Shown here: positions 11,141-23,959 of the stretch, in pieces
How positions within the stretch are numbered: the stretch's first letter is position 1
Layout: every line of letters starts with the position of its first letter
Assembly (NCBI RefSeq): GCF_006345805.1
Contig: NC_043000.1
Span: 44,082,001 to 44,146,000 of the forward strand
DNA from: Octopus sinensis
Taxonomy: Eukaryota
Direction of reading: 5' to 3'
Length of the DNA stretch: 64,000 nt
Notes under the pieces: generated by a model
The model's database searches: none
Seen by the model: the letters and a program-made list of their open reading frames with translations, nothing else
What the model was told of the DNA's origin: nothing
Made by a program: the position numbers and the translations under genes

Positions 11141-13024
11141 ACAGGAAGAATTTAACAGAAACGGACTGTATGATTGTTTAAATGTACCTTGCCTTTCGAC
11201 CACTACGTGCATCACGTTCCATTACTGCATCGTAGCACGTAGGCAATCATGCAGTATGCACATGGCACAAAATATGACTGTTAACTCCAATGATCATCGA
11301 AGTGAAATTAATCCTTGTGATGTTATTACTTACAAAAACAACATATGCAACGACTACCTAGCCGTACTGTAGCGAAGAAGACTAATGCGATGACAACCAC
11401 TTCTACTAGTATTTCAATTTCAAATATATTTCTTGATTTCACACAACTCTAGTTACCATTCCCATAATGGAAATTTTGTTTTGATATTGCTTCTCACTGC
11501 GTCCTGTGTTAATCTTGTCCATTATGCATTCTCCATTCACCCCAAATAGCAGATTTCTTATATATGCATGTATTCATAATATCCATGTTGCGATGAAACC
11601 AAGATGTAATATCGGCTGAAGAAAATATTTCTTTTCATGTGAAATTCCATGCGATTTGATGCAATGCTTCCGATCTCGTCATTTTCCAATATGGAAGCAG
11701 TGTGATAGCGTAAATCTATTATGATACACATAAATGAAATTGAAATCTGGTTAGGTTTTACTTGCTGTTCATATATTGAAATATAAGCAAACCAACATGT
11801 ATCAGAAAGAAAATGAAAACGTACGAGTGGAGACATTGGAAATCAATTGATTTGATTTTCGGCAAAAATAATATATGTATGTAATGATTCCTAACATTGT
11901 TTCTGCAAAATCAGAAATCTAGAGCGATTATGGCAATTTCATTCAAGTTCAGTATTATACCGATAAATGAAAGCCAATAAAGGGCATGGTGTCAATTAAA
12001 AGGTAACGCAGGAAAGATTTCTGTCGCCACAATGCCGAACAAAATGTTGATACGAGGGAGAATCTACTTGGTCAAATTTCCGTTAAATCATTCGGGTCGA
12101 TAGATTACTTAGTATTGGTCAGGTACAAAGTACGCTACAATCAGTTCAAACTGTCCCTAGGCATTCTTGACTTTGTATTGGTAAGGAATGATCAGTATTG
12201 TTGCTGTTCTTTTTCTTTCGAAATATAACCTCTTCCAATCGATTGTAATTTTTTTAGTTAATAACTGTATTTTCCCTAGAATGTCATAATGTATCATGCA
12301 AATAGGACAATACAATGACGTGAGAATTCTTGCAACATCGTCTCCAGACATTGCTTTTGAACATTCCTGATGCAGCACGTTCTGTCTTTGTATTTGGTTA
12401 ATCCAGGATTGCTATTCTCTATCTGACTATTTAGACAAAAAGCGCATCTGACAAAGGGTGAAGTCAGGATCAAAGTCAGGCAAATGCTGGTCCTGTTACA
12501 TTATCCGACAGTCATGATAGGGTATCGCGGAAGTTCAACCTGCGATTAAATTTGTCTATTCTTCCCGAACAATCGTGAAATACACCGCTGAAAGCCGCAG
12601 ATATCTGTTATGGTAGAGCAACATGTGTTCATCACGATCCCCAAATACGGAATTGTGGCCTATGGTCAGGTTGCGTCTCTGCCTCTCACTGGCATCAAGT
12701 AGTTGTCTTTTCTTTCATTTTTATTTCTGGAAACCACGATTCATATATTAATCTCCAGTCTAAGATTCTAAGCTACTTCCTAATATTGTTTTCTATCTCG
12801 TTACTTCACCACAAAAACTCATCATTTCTGCTCTGATTGCTATTTGTTGGCGATTATCCATGTCAAGTGAGGTTTAAGTTATGAATGAATCCGATCTTGG
12901 TACGATTTAAAACTGTCGGCTTTAAAATTCTGGCATTTATCCCGGCACGGCATTTGAATATGCTAAACGTTCAGTTCACAAATTTCTCGTTTACGAGAAG
13001 CCGATTTCCTTACAGTATTGACTT

Positions 13025-13216
13025 TACGGTTCTATATGTAAGAGATGAGGAATTATGTACATTATTTACATTTGACGGATATTTGTCCTCATCTTTTTTG
13101 TTGTTGATACAGCGTTTCGGCTGATATACTCTCTAGCCTTCATCAGGTGTCTTGGGGAAATTTCGAACCTGCGTTCTCATTCCTAAGGTTTTATTATTAT
13201 TATTATTATTATTGTT

Positions 13217-13297
<81 letters not shown>

Positions 13298-13385
13298 TCA
13301 TTATTCAGGCCACTGCCTAGATTCGAACTCGAATCTTGGGGCTAGTAGCCCGTGCTCTTAACCACTACGCCATATGTCCGTGGGC
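13025..13385 (-). mobile_element. Composite element: tRNA-like head + (TAA)n + PLE pLTR-like tail with hammerhead
   Basis: Minus strand has A box TGGCGTAGTGG (13372-13362), B box GAGTTCGAATC (13330-13320), (TAA)n at 13300-13191, then the tail with CTGATGA...GAAA. The same head and tail end recur together at 60587-60781. Confidence 0.75.
13107..13150 (-). ncRNA. Minimal PLE-type hammerhead motif
   Basis: Minus strand ACAC CTGATGA A GGCT-AGAGAGTATATC-AGCC GAAA CGCT GTAT. Core is intact; the stem III/cleavage region is mutated relative to sister copies (probable ancestral GAAACGTT^GTGT). Confidence 0.65.
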
Positions 13386-13405
13386 ATAATAATGATGATA
13401 ATAAC

Positions 13406-13463
<58 letters not shown>

Positions 13464-13477
13464 TAATAATAATAATG

Positions 13478-13531
<54 letters not shown>

Positions 13532-13545
13532 GTAATAATAATAAT
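13386..13545. repeat. (TAA)n microsatellite
   Basis: Direct reading. Confidence 0.97.
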
Positions 13546-14192
13546 GCCCCCTGAAGAAAACTGGTGGGAACACAATCCACCTCAGTGCTTGAAAATGACC
13601 ACATTTCACTCCTCTGGAACTTCACCATTCAAACTGACAGGAAGATAGATGCAAATAGGCCAGACATCATATTGAAAGACTTCAGACAAAGAACATGCCT
13701 CCTCATTGATATGACTGTCCCAATCGATATAAACGTATTTGTCAAGACCTACCAAAAACTGAGCAAATATAAAGATCTTGAAATAGAAATCAGCAAAATG
13801 TGGAAGCTGAAGACTAAAACAATACCTGTTATCATAGGTGCCCTGGGAATGATAGCGAAAGGGACTGATTGCTACCTAACTCAGATACCAGGAAACCCCA
13901 AAATGGCAGAAATTCAAAAGATAGTGCTCATGGGAACTGCTCATATCCTACGCAAAATAGTCTCTATGTAATCCCAAGGTTTAAAACAAACTTTTTTTTT
14001 ATTTTTATTTATTTATTTTTTTTTTTATTTATTTATAAAATTTTTTTTTTTTAATGTATTAGACATTCACTAGCACAACACCATAAAAAAAACCCAAATA
14101 TATGGCACAGAACTTCCAACCAGTTGTCTCTTGAGGTCTCTGGGTGAGACTTGGAGCCAACTTGTACAGACATAAAGCAAAAGTCAAACATA

Positions 14193-14193
<1 letters not shown>
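13546..14193 (+). mobile_element. 5'-truncated Dong/R4-like non-LTR retrotransposon (restriction-like endonuclease C-terminus + 3' UTR)
   Basis: ORF 13564..13971 reads LWNFTIQTDRKIDANRPDII...LLIDMTVP...KLSKYKDL...IPVIIGALG...GTAHILRK (PD-(D/E)xK RLE). Flanked by (TAA)n, the known Dong target. Confidence 0.9.
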
Positions 14194-14246
<53 letters not shown>

Positions 14247-17200
14247 GGAAGACACCGGGGACGTTTAAGATGTAAGAAGGAAAATACAGAGCTCCGAAAT
14301 CTATCCACAAACATCGAAAACAAGGACACCCTATGGAGCCAAAGGTTTACTAACAAACAATTGGACTATATCCGAGTAAGTAATACGAATTGAAATTTAT
14401 TACTATTTTCGAAACGAAATGATGTATTTTGACTCGATATTATCTCCACCTCTAACACAACACATGTAAACATGCGTGGAACAACACGATCATCCCCGAC
14501 CTCAAACACCATGTACAAAGGAACTACGAAGAAATTAAATGCCACCGATACTATTCAACCCAAGAATAACAATCGAGCGGTACGTACATTAAACCTACAA
14601 CAAAAAATGTACGAAAAACTACACTTGCGAAATAATGTGACAACAGAAATAAACGGACCGGTACCCTACGAAAATGACGACCGTCAAAATAATGGGCCGG
14701 CCGTTGTACCTCATGTCCCGCAATTAAAACCCAAAAGACGTAAATGGACACGTGAGGAATACATTTCTATCTTACACGCATAATTCACAGCAATGCTCTA
14801 CCCACAAAATGAAAATACAACAACACATACATATAAAATATGGAAGGAAAATAATAGAGGTATAGACTTGGATACAGCAATGAACCCTAATAAATTAGCT
14901 AACGTACGAAGATACATTCTCAAAGCCAAAAAAATATCAGAAATAGAAATAGAATATTTAAAAGAAAAAATACACCAGGAAAATGTAGATAGAAGCCACA
15001 CAACAATGCCCAATAATATAAACACTGAAACTGTAAAACACGAAGACAAACGCAACATTCCCAACAAACACGATGTAACAACGAAGGGAGCCTAATGATT
15101 ATGATAATATAAAAAGTCAAATAATCAAAGAACTAAAAACCACAGAGCTCAAAATGGACCACCGACCATACCTCCCAAGAATAAAAATAAACGCAATAAC
15201 AACACCAATTATAACAACATAAACCTAGCCGTCACTGAACTAGCCACTGAACAAAAAAATTGATATCACTGAACTAAATGACTTGATATATGCAGCAGCC
15301 ACTGCAGCCACAAAAGAAGCTGGATACTCACCCAACCCGCCCAAACAGGAGTACCACCACCCAAACAAACCCTGTGGATAAATAACATCCAAAACAAAAT
15401 TTAAAAAATTAGAAAAGACCTGTCGATTCTTAATGAAATCAGCAAATAAGCAACGCTACTGAGCAACAAAAGAGAACAAAAATGCTCCGCAAATATAACA
15501 TCACGGAAAAAGATTTGCCGGAGATAAAAGAAAAGCTGAAGCAAGATATCCTTGCCAAGCTCAAAGGATCCGCCGGTACGAGAAACGCCAACGTTTCTTT
15601 GAACAGAACAAAAAGTTCAACTCCGACCCCAAAAAGTTCTACCAAGAACTGGGCAAAAATAAAATAGAAGTCACTGCAGCACCAACGGCAGAAGAATTGG
15701 AAGAATTCTGGAAAGAAATATGGTCGGCGAACGAACAGGCTAAAAAAAGGAGTATGAAAATAACAAACTCGGCATCTGAACAACTTTGGACCCCCATAAC
15801 AACTGAAGAGGTCACCCAGGCACTGCAAAAACTAAGCAACTGGAAGGCACCTGGGCATGACAAGATCCCCAACTTCTGGTTGAAATATCTAACAGGAATG
15901 CACAAAAAGCTGGCTGAAAACTTTAACAGCATACTAGCAGAGCCAGAGACAATGCCTGAATGGCTCACGAAGGGGAAAACCATCTTAATTCCGAAATCAA
16001 ATGAAACAACAAAACCAGAAAACTACAGACCAATAACCTGCCTCCCTACCATGTTCAGGGCATTTACTGCAGTGATATCGCAAAGGCTGAACAAGCACCT
16101 GGACGGAAACATACTGTTCCCAGAAGAGCAGAAAGGCTGCCGCAAGGGCTCATATGGCTGTAAAGATCAAGTAATGATTAATAAAGCCGTAACTGAAGAC
16201 AGCCACAGAAAGAAGAAAGGCCTCAGTATGGCCTGGATTGACTACAAAAAGGCGTTTGATAGCATCCCCCACACATAGATCCTCGAAATACTAGCCATTA
16301 ACAAAGTAGCACCAACAATCATAAAATTCATAGAGCACTCTATGAATAAATGGCAAACAGTCCTACACCTCCAAACAAAAGAGGGACTCATGAAAACCAA
16401 AGACATCTCCATTAGAAGAGGAATATTCCAGGAGACACGCTCGCTCTCTCCACCCCTTTTCTGCTTGGCACTGTCACCTCTATCTGATATGCTAAATAGA
16501 ACTGGATGCGGATATAAATGTTACGGCAAAACGATCAGCCACCTTTTATATATGGATGACCTAAAACTATACGCTGCAAATGACAAACAGCTGGAAACAC
16601 TATTAAAGACAGTTCATGGATTTACCAAAGAAATAGATATGAAATTTGGATTAGAAAAATGCGCCAAAGTAACCATGAAATGAGGAAGACTAGTTAAGAG
16701 TAACAACATCACACTAGATAAAACCAATGAAATAAAAGAATTAGACCAAAGCCAAACTTACAATACTTAGGAATCCATGAACTAGATAAGACACAACACA
16801 CACAAATGAAAGAGAAAATAAAAAAAGAATATTATAGACGAGTTAGATCAATACTAAAAACAGAGCTCAATGCTAAAAACAGATAATAGGTATCAACACT
16901 TTAGCTGTCCCAGTTATAAGTTACAGTTACAATATCCTTAACTGAACACGAAATGAACTGTCCAAAGTAGATAGGAAAACAAGAAAAATACTGACAGGAT
17001 CTAGGATGCATCACCCAAAATCTGACATAGAAAGACTATATATACAACGTATAGAAGGCGGTAGAGGCCTTATACAGCTGGAAAACTACTATAAAATAAC
17101 CACCATAGGACTGCAAAAATACCTACTTCAGAAGGAAGGAAAACTGATCCAGATAGCAGCAAAACACGAGCAAAACAAAAAACTGTTCTCAGTATTTAAG

Positions 17201-18302
17201 GAAGCTGACAAATACAAACAAGAAATCATACCACCTAATAAACACAAGAAGAAGAAGAAGATGATGAAGAAACAACAAAGCTATAAAACAAATGAAATCC
17301 AAACTAAAATAGAACAGCAACGAGCCATGATAAAACGATGGCAAGAAAAGCCCCTTCATGGTAAATACTGCACTAAACTAAACGCAAAAGAAATAGACAA
17401 AGAAAAATCCCAGCAATGGTTGAGAAGCTCAGGACTCAAAGCAGAAACAGAGGGTTTTTTAATTGCAGCACAAGACCAAAGCCTCCCCATCAGAAATTAC
17501 CAAAAACATGTAATGAAAAGAAATATTACAAGTAACTGCAGAATATGTGGAGATGGACAAGAAACAATAAATCACATTATCTCTAGTTGCCCAGTCCTGG
17601 CTAAGAAGGAATATATTCACAGACATGACAGAGTTGGAACCTACATATATTGGAAGCTATGCCAACATTATGGAATAACAACAGAAAAAAGATGGTATAG
17701 GCACACACCAGAAAAGGTCACAGAAAACGAGAAAGCAACCATACTCTGGGATATGCCGATACACACAGATAGAGAAATTAAGGCCAACAGACCAGATTTA
17801 GTTGTCAGAATGTGGAACCTGAAAACAGAAACAATTCCTATCATAGTAGGTGTATTATTTATTTATTTTTTTTTTCTAGTACTTGTTTCATCATTTGACT
17901 GCGGCCATGCTGGGGCACCGCCTTTAGAGTGGTGAAAGACTACAGCAGGGATCACCACCTCCTGTCGGAGCCTCGTGGAGCTTTAGGTGTTTTTTCGCTC
18001 ATACCACACCAACGCCCGGTCTGGGAATCGAAACCGCGATCCTCCGACCGCAAGTCCGCTGCCCTAACCACTAGGCCATTGCGCCTAAAAAAAATATTCA
18101 GACAATACATAACAAAAACACCAGGACTTGCAAACACATATAACATACAGAAAATTGCACTACTAGGCACTGCACACCTCCTACGCAGAACACTTTCCAT
18201 ACAATAACCATCAGAGCATCACAACAAATCACAGCACATACCCAAGGCACACAGAGCTGCGCTCGGTAGTGAAGTGAAAGCACGCTATAAAAAAAACTAC
18301 TG
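14247..18302 (+). mobile_element. Near-full-length decayed Dong/R4-like non-LTR retrotransposon
   Basis: N-terminal RRKWTREE/KLANVRRY motifs; RT motifs WKAPGHDKI, NYRPITCL, WIDYKKAFDS, RGIFQ, YMDD; CCHC zinc finger CRICGDGQETINHIISSC; RPD of the RLE; C-terminus ALLGTAHLLRRTLSIQ. Multiple stops and frameshifts. (TAA)n on both sides. Confidence 0.95.
17855..18086 (-). mobile_element. tRNA-derived SINE inserted in the Dong/R4 element
   Basis: Minus strand aggcgcaatggcctagtggttagggcagcggac...ggtttcgattcccagacc matches the head at 42583. A-rich tail; splits the RLE coding region. Confidence 0.88.
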
Positions 18303-18329
18303 AATAATAATAATAATAATAATAATATA

Positions 18330-18367
<38 letters not shown>

Positions 18368-18386
18368 TAATAATAATAATAATAAA

Positions 18387-18939
18387 TGCCCTGATGCAGT
18401 ACCAGGCAGTGGCTCTCATGGCTTCTGATCTTAACTGATTGGAAGTGTTATCATGTACATTGTTTTGTCTTGTATAAAGATGGGCTACAGCAAATATTCT
18501 GCTCAATACCACAGATTTGCTTGTCAGTTGTTTGACCATAACCAGTGGAGCATGTCCCTTAGTGGCTGACGATATGTGCATCTCTGATCACGAGCAGAAG
18601 TAGTGGGGGAGCATCATAGCCATGTGTTGAGAGGGATTCTTTGGGGTTTGAATAATTCACCTCTGGAAACATGGGTGGTTCATTCAACATCCTTAAACAA
18701 CCCTTATTCAGGGACCTTTTGAGCGGGATGGGCTACTCAACCTGAAGAAAATTCTAACTGGGCCCCACCTGCAAGGTCATGTGCTGTTTATCTTGATATG
18801 CGATCACCATGTCGCGCACATATGGTTATGATGCATGTGCATGGTGTACCTTTATCAGATGGGTAGTCATGATGGGTATATTGGGCTTCGTATATTTTAC
18901 CCCAGTGTCACTTTGATGGCATGCACTGCTCTCTCACTC

Positions 18940-18940
<1 letters not shown>
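18387..18940. mobile_element. ~555-bp non-coding interspersed element embedded in (TAA)n
   Basis: Both ends abut (TAA)n. Diverged copy at 46831-47429 and a fragment at 48013-48125. No ORF. Confidence 0.8.
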
Positions 18941-19022
<82 letters not shown>

Positions 19023-19029
19023 CAAAAAA

Positions 19030-19155
19030 ACTGAGGAATGAAAACCCAGGTTCGAAATTTCCCCAAAACACCTAATGAAGTCTGGAGGGTATATCAGCCG
19101 AAACATTGAGTTAACAAAGATGAGGACAAATGTCTGTCAAATGTAAATTACGTAA
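19030..19155 (+). mobile_element. PLE pLTR-like tail with inactivated hammerhead (CTAATGA)
   Basis: Reverse complement of 13060-13190; ACAC CTAATGA A GTCT...AGCC GAAA CATT GAGT at 19068-19111. Confidence 0.8.
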
Positions 19156-20029
19156 GTATTGACTTTGTTCTCTATTTCCATCAAGAGAGAACACTCTTAG
19201 TAAGATATGGATATATTGATTTCCTCGTTATTGTTTGCATGTCTTCCCTGTAACATTTGGGATATCTAGTCAGTAATCGTCAAAGTGTTAGTTACAACTG
19301 TGCAGTTTCGTAAGATTTTTGCAACTTTGCATGTTGGTTCACGTCAGATATTCTCACCAAGTATCCTCGATGCCATTCCAGTTGCCAACTGGCGCTACAA
19401 ATCAGAGCATTCCCAGGAACGTTGCAATATGCCCAATGAAATTAGGCCTAGTGAAGAACTCATAGGGCGTGTATTGCTGCAATTAGGAATGTTTGATGTT
19501 CGTTGCTAGTCAAGATTTGCATCACCAACACAAAACCTCGATCCCAGATGGTCCTCAGCGTGAATTGCACTTTATACGAATAACACAGACATTAAACCTC
19601 TTTACCATATTACTCTTGGAATTGTTTAAGCCAACCAGCTGTTGTAACGTCCCTTAAAACACTGATCTCAAAGGTGGCCACCGTATCTGCATCTAATCGT
19701 TTAACATCTTCCTAGAAGTGGCTTCGCTTCCAAAGCATCCTACCTGGCAATATACTGCGTAGCCTACTTACGACCTTGTTAAAGGGAGAAACGATTATTT
19801 TACATTATTGAGAAAGGCAGGACTTCTGTAATTTCGAATGTGACTTTTAGGAAATTATAGTTGTTACTGCTGCCAGGATATATCTAATTCCATTGGGATA
19901 TCTCATATCTGAGCTTGATTTTATCATTTTTTCTTGTTTTAGAATTTTTATATAGGTATATTATTTCATGAAGAAGAAATTGCTGTGTGCAATGTTTGTG
20001 TATTGCTTTATGCAGTTTATTAGTTCTGT

Positions 20030-20400
20030 TGTTAGTCGAGTTCACTGTTATGGTGATTACGATTTTTCTTCGCAAGTTTGTTCATAGTACTTGGATCGAA
20101 TGTAATATGGATTCTGCTAATGTTTGCAAAGATTGTGGCTGCCGGTTTTATTTTGGTGAACATGTTGTTGATGATGGTTTTGATGATATTAGGGTATTGG
20201 TTTTGGAGGCGGTGTTTTTGTGTCATTTCACATATTTCTTCCAATCTTTCGATATTACTCGTACTTTTGTTGGAACATGTTATTCTTTTTTTTTGTTAGT
20301 CATTTCTATTTTAATCTTGATACACATGTCTTAGATTTTCGAAGCAGAGAAAAGTAATCCCTGGGAGGAATAAGTTTATCATGTTCTCTTGACTTTTTAA
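20030..20400 (-). mobile_element. Possible degenerate PLE RT thumb fragment
   Basis: Translation RITCSN...ERLEEIC...QNQYPNIIKTII loosely resembles PLE 'R...ICS...EL..L...NGYP..II'. Confidence 0.3.
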
Positions 20401-20453
20401 TGTTGCATTCTGTATTTCAGTTTGAGTTCTTATCAGTGACAGTCGTTCATATA

Positions 20454-20683
20454 GGCGGCGAGCTAGCAGAAACGTTAGCACGCCGGGCGAAATGCGTAGC
20501 CATATTACGTCTGCCGTTACGTTCTGAGTTCAAATTCCGCAGAGGTCGACTCTGCATTTCATCCCTTCGGGGTCGATAAATTAAGACCCAATCACGCACT
20601 GGGGTCGATGTAATCGACTTATCCCTTTGTCTGTCCTTGTTTGTCATCTCTATGTTTAGCTCCTTGTGGGCAATAAAAAAATA
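20454..20683 (+). mobile_element. Full-length tRNA-derived SINE (Nin/Deu-like central domain) with TSD
   Basis: ggcggcgagctagcagaaacgttagc head, tttcatcccttcggggtcgataaa central motif, aataaaaaaata end. TSD-like TGAYAGTCGTTCA at 20437-20449 and 20684-20696. Confidence 0.88.
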
Positions 20684-23600
20684 TGATAGTCGTTCAGGAA
20701 GGTCCTTCATTTGTTGTATCTGTTGTTACTTTCGCTGCAAATGTCATTTTATTTGCTGCTGCGACTGTTGATAACAATTTGGCAACAATTGATTTGAAAT
20801 GTCATCGTTGGTAGTGCTGCAGCTGTCGACGTTGCACCTTGTTCTTATTGCTGCGGCCACTTTTGTCTTCGTTTTCGCTAACTTAATGGTTCTATTTTGT
20901 CGTCCCCTTACTGATATATGTCAATGATTTCGTTTGCGCATGTCACCATATATGTGGAATGTCGTCTTTCTGTCAGCAAACACAATAAACGTTAAGCAAC
21001 CCACCAGGAAAATTGTTTCATTTCAATAGGAGATCCAGTGTAGTGCAAGATCATCTGTTCCATCACGTACAGACATAAATTATGTCTCATAATTTGTTTC
21101 ATTTGTTCAAAAGTAAACGGCGTCTACACTTGAGCAGATCTCTGTTTCTCGGGGCAAATCAACCGCCTTACTTTTACCACACTTCAGCCGATACAGATCA
21201 GTTTTTATACCAGTAGTAGTGCCTTAGTGTTGTAGAGTGGCGTTATCCACAGTCAGAAATATTCTCTTTAGGGTGCCGAGTCATTTCCTATAAATTACAT
21301 ACGGTTTTCTACATACATGTGGGAATGATTTTGTGCATTCCTAGACATTTTGAGTACGTTTAAATTTAGTGTCCGACAAATATGGTTAGGAAATATTTGG
21401 CATTGTCTGTAGTTATGTGAAAAGGATACTAATTGATTCTAGTGTAAGGAAAAGCATTAAGAGTAGGTGTGCTTGCTACATCATTCTCATTATAAATTGT
21501 TTTAATGCTAATGCTGGCACCAATGGTGGTTTTGGTCACTATGTTGATCTTATCGGTAGATATGTTGTTGAATTGTCTGCATCTTTATTTTCAAAGTTGG
21601 TTACCATCAGTTTTTCTTTGTGATTGTTATTTAGGTATTTCGTCTCTAGCGTAAATTTTTTGTAGTAGTTGCTGTCATTTATTTCAGTATTGATGGTGGC
21701 TAAAGATGGCATTAATAGCAGTCTCACTCTCGCCTTCTGTACTTATATTTTTGTTGGCATGTTATTGTTCTCGATGTTTTTGTTTCTGTCGGCACACGTG
21801 TTGGTGGTATTATTAGGATTTAAGTTAGGAAAGCAACATCAGAATTGCTTACATCCATCACAGTCATGTTGCATAATTCCGTGCCATGCTTTGTACATTT
21901 TTGCTTTGTTCAGCGAGTACGTTCTAGAATAAGTCTATGAATTTTAGCCTCCAGGGGTGGGAACTTAGCTGAACTGACCTGCTACTCAGCGGTTTGGTCA
22001 GTTTAGCTACAACACAGCATATGCAATGCAAAAATACAGGTAAAACAAAACCAACATACAAGCGATTTCATGGGGTAACTAGCCTATATCAAAACAATAA
22101 CAAGTCTAGTAATATTGGAAATGTTAATACAAATTAATAAAGACATTGATGGTGATCATGAAAAAGCTCTTGTGTCAGTCACCTTTTTATTATTATGTTC
22201 CTTACTTCTCAAAATCAGTCATGTTATACTTGTTTTCGGAAGCTGACGACGCATCTGCAGAAAAAAAAAAGACATACACTCAAGTAGGAAATGAGCTTAT
22301 ATAATCCTAAATTCGTTTAAATTCCACTTTCTCTCTCCAACTTATAAATGCTTGCCAGCAAGGTACAATCTCCTCCAAGTGATGTAGGACTAGTAACAGG
22401 TGACGATGGGTCTACATTTGCTATTAATCTGTTGGCCAGTAAAACAACAAGCAATTTTGCTAGTAAGAATTGTCAGTCAACTGTGAGTGAAACCGACCCT
22501 TAACAGATATCCCTAATTTGTCTTCCAAAATGTCGACACGAATAGCAACAAAAATAATCGCAAAAACGCTCAACCAAACCAACGCAGTCATCAACACCAA
22601 TAGCAACAATGACAAGGACAATAACAACACCAGGAAAAACTAGAACGACAAAACCGCGAACAGCAAGAAGAAAGACAGCAGAGCAGCTAAAAGGAAGACT
22701 GACGACAGTAGCTGCGTCAGTAACAACGAAAATGACAACAACGGTAACAACAATGAAAACAGCAATGGCAACAATAAATTCAAAATAATTTTAAAATCAT
22801 GCAAGTCGTCTACGACTCTTAACGAAAACGTGGATTAATATATCACTAGAGGGCAGCACAGACTTCTTGAGGTACAGATACTGCTCTGGCAAGCCGGATC
22901 TGACCGTGCTTACACAGGAAGAGACGACAGAATATGGACGTATACAAATATATGGACAAAAGAAGCTGAAGAGTCGAAAATCCAGCTCTAGCTAAAACAG
23001 GAAAATGCGTGAAGGGAGTGTGTACATCAGTGTTGCATCTAAGGTAAAGAAAGTAATTTGTAACGGTAGAAGTTGTAACCACAACGAAGAAGAGGCTATA
23101 AAATTAGCTACGGATACTTACTTCTCTGAGGAATATATCCTCATACCTTCTGGAATACGAAATGTAAAATGTCATTAAATAATGTACCTTCGGAAATGAA
23201 CGTCAATCTTTTTTTAGGAAGATCATGGAGAGCTACTGGGAGATTATAAACTTGAGATTATTCCCGACAAAAATTAGTTCGAAATATAAGTCGTGTCTCA
23301 CATGCGACTCAGACAAAAAAAATTAACAAAAATGATCGAAGGCAGTGAGGCCAGGCGTTGCTTATCCGGGAGCACAAAAAGCTATAATGTTTTGTTACTA
23401 CAGAAAGATATAGAATAAGTTGCATTATCTAAAGCGGGTCAATGCCATATTACAGCCAATTTTCTTTCCCAGCATCTTTTGTAATGCATTGCATTTCAAC
23501 TAAGCCTTGCAGTATTAATAACGTTACTAAGAGGGTCCATCAATCCAAACAACACGCGAATTTCAATTTTGGTACCGTGACACAAAGACCTATTGCCTTC

Positions 23601-23714
23601 ATTGCCAATCCTTGTGTCTAAGAGCGTATGCAGTTTAGATTTATATATGCTTGGGACATGCATAGCGTGTCACTAACTCTATGCACGTACGCCCCTAATT
23701 CATAGAAAATATTA

Positions 23715-23928
23715 TTTTCTCCTCTAGGTACAAAGCCTGAAATTTTTTGGGAGGGGTCCAGTCAATTAGATGGAGCCCAGTACGCAACTGGTAATTAATT
23801 GATCGACCCCCGAAAGGATGAAAGGCGAAGTCGACCTTCGCGGAATTTGAACTCAGAAAGTAAAGACAGAACGTAATAGTGCAAAACATTTCGGCCGGCG
23901 TGCTAACGGTTCTGCCAGCACGCAGCCT
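23715..23928 (-). mobile_element. SINE, same head/core as 20454 but a different 3' tail
   Basis: Reverse-complement match of head and core; flanked by atagaaaatatta repeats. Confidence 0.85.
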
Positions 23929-23959
23929 TTCTTATAGAAAATATTAAAACATACTTAAC

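Noticed and set aside
11950-12800. Moderately GC-rich tract with Cys pairs (RCAFC, YCPIC) on the minus strand
   Set aside because: Broken frames and no motif I can assign; it may be an old transposon but needs tBLASTx.
13300-13385. Genuine tRNA gene (also 60587-60665 and 42583-42655)
   Set aside because: The acceptor stem does not pair properly and each is fused to repeat bodies, so these are SINE-type heads.
14247-14345. HDV-like ribozyme at the Dong/R4 5' end
   Set aside because: Expected by analogy with R2/R4, but I could not build the nested double pseudoknot by eye. Needs an RNArobo or Infernal search.
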